Shown here: in pieces, positions 14,340-23,553 of the stretch
How positions within the stretch are numbered: the stretch's first letter is position 1
Layout: each line of letters begins with the position of its first letter
Source: Candidatus Heimdallarchaeota archaeon
GTDB taxonomy: Archaea; Asgardarchaeota; Heimdallarchaeia; Hodarchaeales; Hodarchaeaceae
DNA: 28,556 nucleotides
Reading direction: 5' to 3'
NCBI GenBank assembly: GCA_019057635.1
Contig: DXJL01000184.1
Coordinates: 1 to 28,556 of the forward strand
Translations under genes and position numbers: made by a program
The notes under the pieces: generated by a model
Databases searched by the model: none
The model's input: only the letters and a program-made list of their open reading frames with translations
Told to the model about the DNA's origin: nothing

Positions 14340-16949
14340 TCAGTGTGAATCCAGTTCTTCTTTGAGCGTTTTTCCTCGTTTGAAAAAAGCAAAATGGATA
14401 TCAAGGACTCCATTTTCGGGGTAAGTTTTTAGCTCTAATGCCTTTGTGAAAGATTGTAGGGTAAGAAATCGCTCATTTGGCAAGAAATGTTCGAGTTTTC
14501 CAGAATATCTTTCGGAAACAGATGGTAAAGTGGGAGGTTGATTATTCATTTCACTCTCAAGGGCAGCATCAATATTTTTGACAACCACTAATAACTCTGT
14601 GCATAATTCATGAGCTGTAGTGTACAATTGACGAAAGTCTTGGCCTTCTATCCCAGTAATTGCCATTAAGTCGGTATATTGGGCATAGCGATCCCACGGT
14701 ATAGCATTACTCATTTGGTATACATAATGAAATACCTCACCGACCATTTTTTTTATCTTAGCATTTTCTTCGTGGCATTTCTGGACAGAGGAGGATCTAT
14801 CAAAAAAAATTTCTGAATCTAAGATTTTCTGTGGAGTTTGATCGAATTCAGCATAATTTCGAATAACAGGTAAATTCCCCAATATTGTCTCTTGTGCTTC
14901 GTAATATGCGTTCCCTTTAGCTGTAATCGCCCAATGTTTTGCTCCATCTTCTGACTCCTCAATGTATAATTTTTGTGACCTTAATTTGTTCAAGAGTATT
15001 TCTTCATCAAGGGTAAACTCTCTCGTGTCTTTGATTGCATCTCTACGGATTGGTTGAGCTCTAAGAATCTTGAGGAGTTTCATTAAGCTCAAATATGCCT
15101 TAGGAGTAAGACCAAAAGTTTTCTCCCCTCGTAATTTTGTTTCTGGGACTCTGACTGTATTGAGATCTAATGGAACTTTTGCAGAATCCATCTTAAAATG
15201 ATAAGCGGTACTCTGGGAAGTATCTCTACGAAATAACAATCCTTCACCCTCCATTATTCCCATAATTTGCCGTTCAATTGCTGAAGATTGAGTGAATTTC
15301 CTTACTTGCAATTGATGTTGAGTGATTACAATTTCTCTATCTTGAGTATTCACTAAACGTAGGTAGATTTGATTTTTTATTTCCTCAAATGAATTTACTT
15401 TCAAAGCTAAAGCTTGAACACTTTGGCTTCCCAGCAAAAAAATATTGTTACGTGCTATTGCATTACACGAATCGATCAGTACAGTCGGAATCTGTGTTTC
15501 AGCCCTTCCATAACCTGTTTTTCTGCTCAAAATCTCATCGGCATGAGGAAATACAATGCATCCATCATTTGCTTCATTGGATAAAAATTGAAGTAAAAAT
15601 GCAATGACGGCGCGTTTAATCATTGGAGGTTGAGCTCCGAATTGGAATATTGTAACTGAATCACTACGAAACAGCGTATTCCTCAGATGACCAGTAAAAG
15701 CTGCATAATTAACTTCAGAAAAGGATTTGAATTGGTCTAAAATACCATCTAAATGTTCTATGGCCATGATGTCAGCAAAAACGGAATCTATAGGGGCAGG
15801 GTCAGCATTAGGACTCTCTTCTTCGATTGATGAATCATTAAAGCCTCCGATTGTTGTCTTTACATCATTAAGAGTAAAGGAAGTTTGAACTTTCGCCGTG
15901 TTTTTAATTTGGGTTTCAAGTGGTATGGCAAATCTTGAAGTAAGGTAATCAGAAGTTGTTAAAGAGCTTATAAGAATATTACTAATAAGAAAAGCCTTCC
16001 AAGCTGCGATAGCTTCAGAATCTCGCATTAAACCATTAGGAGTAAGGGGAATGGTGACATCACATAAGTTTACAAACATATTTGTACCTAATTGGAATGA
16101 TTGAAAGTTCATTCCTTTTTTATTAGCTGCTATTGTTTGAAAATGGCGAATTAAGCCATTAAATTCATTGTGAGTATCAATGATAAATATTCCATGATGA
16201 TTTCTCTTATGACTAAAAGAGAGAATCAAATTCTGAAAGAGAGTAATTAGTTCATTCTTATCTGATCCACATACTAGCACAGATCCAGTTGATAGATTAG
16301 GAAAACCAACTGGTATTGAAGCATTATCAATTCGATGGCCTACCCTATGTTTGACCGGTAAGTCGGGGACAGCAAAATCTTGAATAAATCGAGATGGGAC
16401 TCGTTCGAGATTAAAGAATTTGTCAATTAATCGAGAATTGGATCCAGTTTGAGAAGGGAAAATCGAAATACCTTCTTTTACTTTCCCTCCACGAAAGTGA
16501 ATTAGTTCTACCTGTTTCCCTTTAACGAGCGAGACTTCAAATCCTGTTGCCTGGAGAATGGTATAGGTCATTGATCTTCGTTTTAAAAATTCTTTCCTTC
16601 CCCGACAAAGCAATATAGGAATTGTTGTCTCGGAACGAATATGAAAGTGATAGTAGACACGGACAATGAGTGAAAGACCTGTGTAAGAAATCTCCTGTCG
16701 TGAAAACTTCTTTAATTTCCGTGGGAGAGCAGAAAATACTTGTCGTATGACCTGAACTCCAGGTTGGCTTGTGACTCGAAATAAATTCTGAGAAGAATTT
16801 TCTAAATCATGGACTGGTTGAATCGCAAAATATGAGACAAGTGTTCCAGAAGAAGCATACAATTTATCGACGTCAGAGGAAAGATGTTCAATTTGAAGAA
16901 GGGTTGAATTATCCTCCAGAATTCTTGTCGAAAGTTGTGTCGAAAGCAT
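14340..16949 (-). CDS. HerA/VirB4(DUF87)-like P-loop protein, predicted inactive ATPase, with wHTH-like C-terminal region
   Basis: The motif order VLVCGSDKNE, IIDTHNEF, IVFPHADE, GSQS, NQIYLRLVNTQD, EGEGLL mirrors HerA-type motifs, but Walker A and B are degenerate. ITAKG is a wHTH-type wing signature. Confidence 0.65.
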   Translation of the reverse strand: MLSTQLSTRILEDNSTLLQIEHLSSDVDKLYASSGTLVSYFAIQPVHDLENSSQNLFRVTSQPGVQVIRQVFSALPRKLKKFSRQEISYTGLSLIVRVYYHFHIRSETTIPILLCRGRKEFLKRRSMTYTILQATGFEVSLVKGKQVELIHFRGGKVKEGISIFPSQTGSNSRLIDKFFNLERVPSRFIQDFAVPDLPVKHRVGHRIDNASIPVGFPNLSTGSVLVCGSDKNELITLFQNLILSFSHKRNHHGIFIIDTHNEFNGLIRHFQTIAANKKGMNFQSFQLGTNMFVNLCDVTIPLTPNGLMRDSEAIAAWKAFLISNILISSLTTSDYLTSRFAIPLETQIKNTAKVQTSFTLNDVKTTIGGFNDSSIEEESPNADPAPIDSVFADIMAIEHLDGILDQFKSFSEVNYAAFTGHLRNTLFRSDSVTIFQFGAQPPMIKRAVIAFLLQFLSNEANDGCIVFPHADEILSRKTGYGRAETQIPTVLIDSCNAIARNNIFLLGSQSVQALALKVNSFEEIKNQIYLRLVNTQDREIVITQHQLQVRKFTQSSAIERQIMGIMEGEGLLFRRDTSQSTAYHFKMDSAKVPLDLNTVRVPETKLRGEKTFGLTPKAYLSLMKLLKILRAQPIRRDAIKDTREFTLDEEILLNKLRSQKLYIEESEDGAKHWAITAKGNAYYEAQETILGNLPVIRNYAEFDQTPQKILDSEIFFDRSSSVQKCHEENAKIKKMVGEVFHYVYQMSNAIPWDRYAQYTDLMAITGIEGQDFRQLYTTAHELCTELLVVVKNIDAALESEMNNQPPTLPSVSERYSGKLEHFLPNERFLTLQSFTKALELKTYPENGVLDIHFAFFKRGKTLKEELDSH

Positions 16950-16967
16950 TCCAACTCAGCTCCATGC

Positions 16968-16983
16968 AAAAAGAAAAGAAAGA
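16968..16983 (-). terminator. U-rich terminator-like tract after radA
   Basis: The minus strand reads TCTTTCTTTTCTTTTT immediately after the radA stop. Confidence 0.45.
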
Positions 16984-18000
16984 CTATTTCCCTGAATAAT
17001 CACGAACCCCATCTGTATCAATAGAAAATTCAATTTTTCCGTCAGGTAACTCTGGATTCTTGGTAAGTGTTGCTGTACGCTTTATATCTTTTCCTTTTCT
17101 CAAAAAAATTCGTGTAGTAACCGTATGTCCGACTACATTTCCTCCAATAGGTTTATTGGGATCACCGAAGAACATTGCATCAGGTTTGGCTGATACCTGA
17201 TTAGTAACTACTGCAACGCAATTCATAATCTCAGATTGCTTTGCGATGAATGATAGATATTTCCCAATTAGTTGTTGGCGCTCTGCCAGTGAGCTTCGAC
17301 CAGCAAATTCCGATCGAAAATGTGCCATTAATGAATCCACGATTATTAATCCTACATTAGGTACCATAGTCAAAGCTTCTTCGGTTAACGCCATTTGATG
17401 CTCACTATTGAACGCTCTACCTACAGTAATCCGTGATAGTACTGTATCGGGATCTTGATCTAAGGCCTTGGCTATTTGAGTTATTCTGGTGAATCGAAAA
17501 GTGCCTTCAGTATCAATCCATATTACATCTCTTCCATTTTTCACACAATTTACCGCCAGTTGATGAGAAATTTGGGTTTTCCCACAACCATTTTCACCTG
17601 CAATTTCTGTAATCGATCCAGTTTCAAATCCACCACCTAAAAGTTCGTCGAATGCCTGAGAACTGGTAGTTAGATATTGACGTGTTTCACCTAACTTTGC
17701 GTAATGGGATCCTGGTTTTAATCCAAGATCAAATTGCGAACGAGCCTCTCGTATAAGTAACCTAGCTGTTTTTTCAGCAATTCCGGATATTTCAGTTAGC
17801 TGAGCGCGGGTAGCTAGTGCTATGGTCTCTTTACTACCAAAACCAGCTTCTTCTAGTCGTTTTCGTGTTGTGGGACCAATCCCAGAGATTGTATCAAGGA
17901 AGTTTGTCTCTTTTTTGTCTTTTCCTTTGTTTTTCTTTCCTTTTTCAGGAATTGGGTCCTCCACAACGCTTTTTTCTTTCTTTGTTTCAGCTTTTGCCAT
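16984..18000 (-). CDS. radA: DNA repair and recombination protein RadA (Rad51 family), divergent
   Basis: N-terminal HhH domain (ISGIGPTT, ISGIAEKTA), GENGCGKTQ, IDTEGTF, IIVDS, L1 loop GRSSLAERQQ and L2 region PIGGNVVGH. Confidence 0.92.
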   Translation of the reverse strand: MAKAETKKEKSVVEDPIPEKGKKNKGKDKKETNFLDTISGIGPTTRKRLEEAGFGSKETIALATRAQLTEISGIAEKTARLLIREARSQFDLGLKPGSHYAKLGETRQYLTTSSQAFDELLGGGFETGSITEIAGENGCGKTQISHQLAVNCVKNGRDVIWIDTEGTFRFTRITQIAKALDQDPDTVLSRITVGRAFNSEHQMALTEEALTMVPNVGLIIVDSLMAHFRSEFAGRSSLAERQQLIGKYLSFIAKQSEIMNCVAVVTNQVSAKPDAMFFGDPNKPIGGNVVGHTVTTRIFLRKGKDIKRTATLTKNPELPDGKIEFSIDTDGVRDYSGK

Positions 18001-18057
18001 TTATAATACTTCCATTTGTTGTATTTTGTACTATTCAAAATGGAAAGATAACTGAAA

Positions 18058-18072
18058 CTTAAATATCTGAAA
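18058..18072 (-). promoter_or_regulatory. Conserved promoter motif TTTCAGATATTTAAG upstream of radA
   Basis: Plus-strand CTTAAATATCTGAAA, 57 nt upstream of the radA ATG; identical to 8831-8845. Confidence 0.65.
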
Positions 18073-18094
18073 TCAGAAAGAATCGTTTTTTTAT

Positions 18095-18110
18095 AAACCA
18101 CTTATAAATA
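18095..18110 (+). promoter_or_regulatory. BRE/TATA-like promoter for the surface-protein operon
   Basis: AAACCACTTATAAATA; normal archaeal spacing predicts a transcription start near 18130. Confidence 0.5.
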
Positions 18111-18163
18111 GTAATTTCGAATATAAAAGATGAAGAAGCCCCTCATTACTGAGGGTCTCTAGT

Positions 18164-21100
18164 TTGTGGAAAAAAAAGAGAAAAATACAAAATACTTTGA
18201 TTCTAATTTTCGTACTCGGATTGTTTGTCTTAGTAAATATAGGAGTTAACCAGGTTAGTGCTACTGATCAAGAGACTTCGACAACAGTTCTAGCTGATAA
18301 AGGGGTTGTGGGTTCAGGTGATGTGATTCGCTTTTCTATTTGGACGTACGCAGGTTTTGACTCTGTACCTTTTGGACAAATACGATTAACAGATATTTTT
18401 ACCGGGGAATTTATTGAGACAATGATTACCAATGGTACAGCGGAAGTTGACTGGATTGTACCATCGCCAATTCAATCTGGAGAGCATTTATTCCTCGCTG
18501 AATATCTTGGTTTTTTGGGATATCTTTCCTCTGATGGATCGTGTAAAGTTCGATTTGAAGAGATTAGTCCTGGCAGCACTCGTTCAACATCTTTACAACT
18601 AGTTGTGAACTCAACGACCGTTTATAGGAATGCTTCACTCCATTTTACTCTTAATTTATTTATTCATTATAGGTGGTGGTTCCAAGGAGGGTATATCACT
18701 GTAATTAATGTTAATTTAACTGGAGCTCCAGTAATTTATACCTATGGTCCATTAGAAAACTATTATCCAGGGACTGATCCTGCAATTTTGACGCTTGAGT
18801 TTGATTATAATATTCCTGTGTTTTCTGTCGTCGGAAAATCACAGTTTTATGCGAGCTATACTGGTAGCTCTCAAAGCCAAACATCTCCCTGTACATCAAA
18901 CCCTGTCAATGTAACGGTCTTGAGCTCGGGATTTTGGCTTTACCAGACCATTAATACCACAAAACTTCAACGGACCGAAGAATCAGTCGTTATCAATACC
19001 ACAATTCTTGGAGATAATCCAAATGGATTATTGCTCTCAATATACTATTTACTTGGCTCACAACCAATGATTCTTACAGAAAAAGTGATTCATGGTCGAA
19101 ATTATCAAATAGTGTTTTCACCTAACAGTTCAATTCCCTTGGGTGAACTAACGATTTACACGGAGCTAAAAAATGACCAGTACGATTTATATGCTAATGT
19201 CTCATCAACTATTACAATACAGAATCGTGCTCGGATCCAATATTATTTGAATTCTTCAGATTATAGGCAAAATGAAACAATTCATCTCGAAGCCTACATT
19301 ACATTAGAAGATATACATACTGTTCCCGTTACGTGCCAAGTAGAATTCAGGGATTTAACTGATGGGAATATTTCATTGATGAATAAATTTACTAACTCAG
19401 ATGGATATGTGGCCTTTAATTATCCTCTTCCAGAAGGAATCAGCATCGGAAACCATGAATTTTCACTCCGAGTATTTGATGTAACACTAAATATTCTCGC
19501 AGTCTCAAGTATAATTCTAGTATCTATTAAGGGGTTAATTGAGTTTGATTTGACTTATGAAAGCGGAGGGATTAATCGAAACACAGATACTCAGATTCAA
19601 GTGACAGTTCACTCGGGAGGTGTAACAATTAATGAGGGGTTAGTCTCATTGGAGTACAGTAATTCTACTATTATTGATACTCAGAGCTGCGTATCAGGAC
19701 TTATTTTTAATTATCACATCCGTAATGATCACTCCTTAGGTGATATTTACCTCCTTGTCCATTTCTATAATTCCGAAAATTATGATGAAGGAGCTACTAC
19801 ATTAAAATTAACTGTGTTTTCGGTTCCCCATTTTAGTTCTCTGAATCAAAATTCAACAGAAGTGATTAATGGGCAATCATGCCGTCTTTGGGGGTATTTG
19901 CTTGACGAAGGTGGAAAAGCTGTAATCAATGAAGCAATCCACTTTACTGATACGACGACTGGAGAATTTTTGGGTTTTGTCACCTCTGATGTAGAAGGAC
20001 TATTTTTCTTTGACTATTCTGTGACCGTATCATCCCAAATAGGAGTACATATCTTACAATGCAGCTATCAAGGGAATGTAGGAGCTTTTTATTTACAGTC
20101 AATTAGTCCAGCAATTTTTTCTATCACGATTCGTCCTCCTCTTTCAGTTATGATTCAAGGATCCATCCTCTCAAATCACTGGACAATGATAGAACTAGAA
20201 GGTGGGTTGAATGAAGATATTTCCCTTTATTGGCAACGGGATGGAGAGAGTACTTGGAATTTTATTGCCGTAATCGCATTAAATGCTTCTGGACTAGGAA
20301 ATTATAATTGGACAACACCTTATTACAAAGGTGGATTATCTTTACGAGCTTCAAATCTCAATGGTACGAATACTAAATATGATCATACATTCATGTACAG
20401 TACTGCTGACATTGAAGTAATCGGTGGTGATTATGGAAATGTAAATGATAATTATTTATTTACAGTTAACTGTACGGAAGTTTATCAGATTTGGATGGAG
20501 GGTCAATTATGGAGAGACTGGTCACCAGCAGGAAAACATTCATACTCATATAGCTTCAATAACAGAGGAGTAAAAGAAATTTCCATAATTAGTAATGATA
20601 CATACGTCTATTATCGGATTCTTCATTCTCAAGTAACAATTTTTGAAGACCTAATTATTTCTGTAAGCATTCCTGGGGAAGCTTTTGTGAATATGTCAAT
20701 TCATATTGATGGTAATGTTATAGGAGAAGTTTCGGGTCCTATCATGGGAGTAGATACGATTCTACTGATGGGTGGGATGGAGAATGGGGTTGATTCTACA
20801 AATGGTGCAGGTATCTTCGATTTCATAATTTCATTTGATCAGCCTGGAATCTATACAGTTTCTGTAAAAGTGCCTTTACAATTCGAAGATTATTTCAATA
20901 CCTCATTTAGTCCTCAATTTTCAATTGTAATTCATTCTTTACCTTCTACGATAGAAATTCTTTCACCTGTCAACAACTCTATTCATGGATCTATATTAGA
21001 GCTATCTTTCCGAGGAGATGCTGTGAGTTATTGGTACTTTATTGAACCTCTTGATCAAACGAATAGCTCGTGGACGGATACTGCATATCGTGACTTACCT

Positions 21101-22978
21101 GAGGGGTTATATACTTGTCATGTTTATGGTGAAAATTCCTATGGGTTTTTATCTTATGCTTCTTCATCGTTCAGGATTGATTCAACTGCGCCTTCATTAG
21201 TAATTATAAGTCCAAAGAATGAGTCATACAAAACGAATTCTATTTCACTTTCATTTTTAACTGATGAAGAAACTGTATTTATTTTTTTAGATGATACGCC
21301 AATCGTTGGAAGCTCAGGTTTCGTTTTAACTGACTTATCTGAAGGAAATCACAACGTTACTATTCAGGTTAGAGATACTGCTGAGAATTTTGTCATTAAA
21401 ACCTCAATTTTCAATATTGATACAATTGCTCCTTCTCTAACGATTTTTTCCCCCTATAATTACACCTATATTGAAAAAATACCTTTATCCATCAATTCAG
21501 ATGGTCAAACAATCCTATATTGTATTCCAGAAGTAAATAATACTAATCAGACATATACTACATCATTAGTACTGTATTTACCCATTGGCAGTTATTCACT
21601 CAATGCTTATTCATTTGACTCTGCTGGAAACTTTATATCAGCGCAAGTAAATTTTTCTGTGGTAGAAAAAGTTGATCTTTTAACTAATTCGTATCTCACA
21701 GAAATTGACTCTGCTGGAAACTATCTCCTAAGTACAGAGATATTATCAAATCCATATTTCGAACAAGTCGGAATATATTTGAATGGGAGCCATTTTGGGG
21801 TGTTGGAATGGGATGCGTTTCAGCGGGATTATCGAATTCAATTTCAGTTTCCTTCCCCTGGCCTATGGGAAATCTCATTGTATGCCCACACAGCTGAAAA
21901 TAAGTACGATTTTAGACTATTTCTTGAAAGCTGGTATCCACCACAGCCAACTATCAATTCTCTGTCCGTTTCATGGAAATCGACTTATTATGAATTAAGA
22001 ACAACGATCGATTCACAAACTCTTGACCTTAATCTTGTCCAGGTAACGCTTGATGGTATGAATTACAGTTTAAGTAATTATTTTGGTGATCAATGGTACA
22101 CACAAGTTTACTGCAACCCACAAAATTACACTCTTAGGTTAGACATATGGTATCCATGGGATGACAAGCCTTCTGCTAGCAGAGATTTTGAAATTCTGTG
22201 GTATGCCCCCCATATCATTGTAGTGGAATCAGAATTCGAAAGAAATGGGTTTAATCTTGAAATTCGAGTTGAGAAGGTAAATGCATCACTTTCTACTGAT
22301 AATCCCTTTCTAGCAATCGAAAGTGGGTCTCAAGTTTTCATTGCTGATGGAACTTTGATTTATGAATCAACAACAGGAAGCTATCAAATCTGGCTATTCA
22401 CTTCTCCGTGGTTAACTCCGAATGTTTGGAACTATAATCTAACTGTATTCGATATTTATGGACATTCAAGTCAGTTTTTTGGGATTTTTAACTCAACGGA
22501 TTCTCCTCCAAAGATAGGAGCATCATCCCTAGTAATCCTTGATAACACATCCACTGGGATCCTCTATCGATTAAACGTCCAAGTATTTGATGATTTTGAT
22601 GGAATAGAAGCTTTTCTGTATATTAATGGTGTCGAATTTCCATTCACTCAGATAAATAATTCGTACGTATCCGTTGATTTCTTTTTAACTCAAGGCTCCT
22701 ATGTTCTTCAATTATCAGTAATAGATGATATAAATCAAGAAACAACGGAATTTTTAACGAATTTATACGTCCAGAGTCCGATTGATCAAACCACTACTAC
22801 TACTTCTGGAACAATAGATACAACCGACCCACCGGATCTAACTTCTCAGACAAGTACTCGAAAAGAGGTTAATTTGGATACAGGTATAAATGACTTGATC
22901 GAAATAGGTATCGGAGGAGGACTTTTTGCTAGTCTTGTCGCTCTCGGTAATACAGTTCTTCGAAAAAGGGAACCGTGA
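18164..22978 (+). CDS. Large secreted, C-terminally anchored multi-Ig-domain surface glycoprotein (S-layer/adhesin-like)
   Basis: Basic-plus-hydrophobic signal peptide, beta-rich repeats, three ~80-aa Big-type repeats at about 20950-21660 (IDSTAPSLVIISP, IDTIAPSLTIFSP), many N-x-S/T sequons, a Thr-rich linker and a C-terminal TM helix with basic tail. Confidence 0.88.
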   Translation: MWKKKRKIQNTLILIFVLGLFVLVNIGVNQVSATDQETSTTVLADKGVVGSGDVIRFSIWTYAGFDSVPFGQIRLTDIFTGEFIETMITNGTAEVDWIVPSPIQSGEHLFLAEYLGFLGYLSSDGSCKVRFEEISPGSTRSTSLQLVVNSTTVYRNASLHFTLNLFIHYRWWFQGGYITVINVNLTGAPVIYTYGPLENYYPGTDPAILTLEFDYNIPVFSVVGKSQFYASYTGSSQSQTSPCTSNPVNVTVLSSGFWLYQTINTTKLQRTEESVVINTTILGDNPNGLLLSIYYLLGSQPMILTEKVIHGRNYQIVFSPNSSIPLGELTIYTELKNDQYDLYANVSSTITIQNRARIQYYLNSSDYRQNETIHLEAYITLEDIHTVPVTCQVEFRDLTDGNISLMNKFTNSDGYVAFNYPLPEGISIGNHEFSLRVFDVTLNILAVSSIILVSIKGLIEFDLTYESGGINRNTDTQIQVTVHSGGVTINEGLVSLEYSNSTIIDTQSCVSGLIFNYHIRNDHSLGDIYLLVHFYNSENYDEGATTLKLTVFSVPHFSSLNQNSTEVINGQSCRLWGYLLDEGGKAVINEAIHFTDTTTGEFLGFVTSDVEGLFFFDYSVTVSSQIGVHILQCSYQGNVGAFYLQSISPAIFSITIRPPLSVMIQGSILSNHWTMIELEGGLNEDISLYWQRDGESTWNFIAVIALNASGLGNYNWTTPYYKGGLSLRASNLNGTNTKYDHTFMYSTADIEVIGGDYGNVNDNYLFTVNCTEVYQIWMEGQLWRDWSPAGKHSYSYSFNNRGVKEISIISNDTYVYYRILHSQVTIFEDLIISVSIPGEAFVNMSIHIDGNVIGEVSGPIMGVDTILLMGGMENGVDSTNGAGIFDFIISFDQPGIYTVSVKVPLQFEDYFNTSFSPQFSIVIHSLPSTIEILSPVNNSIHGSILELSFRGDAVSYWYFIEPLDQTNSSWTDTAYRDLPEGLYTCHVYGENSYGFLSYASSSFRIDSTAPSLVIISPKNESYKTNSISLSFLTDEETVFIFLDDTPIVGSSGFVLTDLSEGNHNVTIQVRDTAENFVIKTSIFNIDTIAPSLTIFSPYNYTYIEKIPLSINSDGQTILYCIPEVNNTNQTYTTSLVLYLPIGSYSLNAYSFDSAGNFISAQVNFSVVEKVDLLTNSYLTEIDSAGNYLLSTEILSNPYFEQVGIYLNGSHFGVLEWDAFQRDYRIQFQFPSPGLWEISLYAHTAENKYDFRLFLESWYPPQPTINSLSVSWKSTYYELRTTIDSQTLDLNLVQVTLDGMNYSLSNYFGDQWYTQVYCNPQNYTLRLDIWYPWDDKPSASRDFEILWYAPHIIVVESEFERNGFNLEIRVEKVNASLSTDNPFLAIESGSQVFIADGTLIYESTTGSYQIWLFTSPWLTPNVWNYNLTVFDIYGHSSQFFGIFNSTDSPPKIGASSLVILDNTSTGILYRLNVQVFDDFDGIEAFLYINGVEFPFTQINNSYVSVDFFLTQGSYVLQLSVIDDINQETTEFLTNLYVQSPIDQTTTTTSGTIDTTDPPDLTSQTSTRKEVNLDTGINDLIEIGIGGGLFASLVALGNTVLRKREP
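21615..21722 (+). repeat. Perfect 18-bp direct repeat within the surface-protein gene
   Basis: TTGACTCTGCTGGAAACT at 21615-21632 and 21705-21722 (90-nt period); both copies encode DSAGN. Confidence 0.75.
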
Positions 22979-22983
22979 ATTAA

Positions 22984-23550
22984 ATGAAAAATAGTACTCA
23001 TTATCTATTCTCGCTCGGATTTACAAATTTATATGGGATGTTGATAGTAGAGGAGATGTTCTCCTCTTGGATAATTATGGTACTATCAACGATTACCAGT
23101 TTGTTCAGTTTGGTTCCGAATATCATAGATCGATATGTTAATGTTCAATATGAAAATGAGGGTGTTTTATTAACAAGGAATAGACATCCTCTTACACACT
23201 CTCCTTGGACAGTTTTCTATTTCCTTCCCTTCCTTTATCTTGGACAGAAATCTAATGTAACAATTTTAGAAGTTGTAATAATATTATTTACAATAAGTTG
23301 GCTTTCACATTTATTAATAGATTCATTAAATCCCGGGGGATTACCTTTAGGAAAACGATCTGTCTTCAGTAATCATCCTGTTAAGCATTACAAGTTTCAT
23401 TGGACCCTCCCCCGAAATACAAAACGAATACGTATTGCTCGAATCCCGTTCAATGATCCAAGAGTAAATAAGAATTTGGGTTATCTGGGGTTATTCATTT
23501 TTTCCTTAAATTGTGCAAGAATGTTCCTTTCATTATTTTGGAGTTATTGA
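22984..23550 (+). CDS. Membrane-bound metal-dependent hydrolase-like protein (YdjM/DUF1286-like)
   Basis: THYLFS, PNIID, RHPLTHS and SHLLID motifs set among several TM helices. Confidence 0.75.
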   Translation: MKNSTHYLFSLGFTNLYGMLIVEEMFSSWIIMVLSTITSLFSLVPNIIDRYVNVQYENEGVLLTRNRHPLTHSPWTVFYFLPFLYLGQKSNVTILEVVIILFTISWLSHLLIDSLNPGGLPLGKRSVFSNHPVKHYKFHWTLPRNTKRIRIARIPFNDPRVNKNLGYLGLFIFSLNCARMFLSLFWSY

Positions 23551-23553
23551 AGA

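Noticed and set aside
16984-18000. Intein in RadA or the helicases
   Set aside because: Motif spacing is normal and no intein-sized insertion is present.
22790-22806. ACT trinucleotide microsatellite (phase variation)
   Set aside because: Only a few in-frame units encoding the Thr-rich linker; slippage would not shift the frame.
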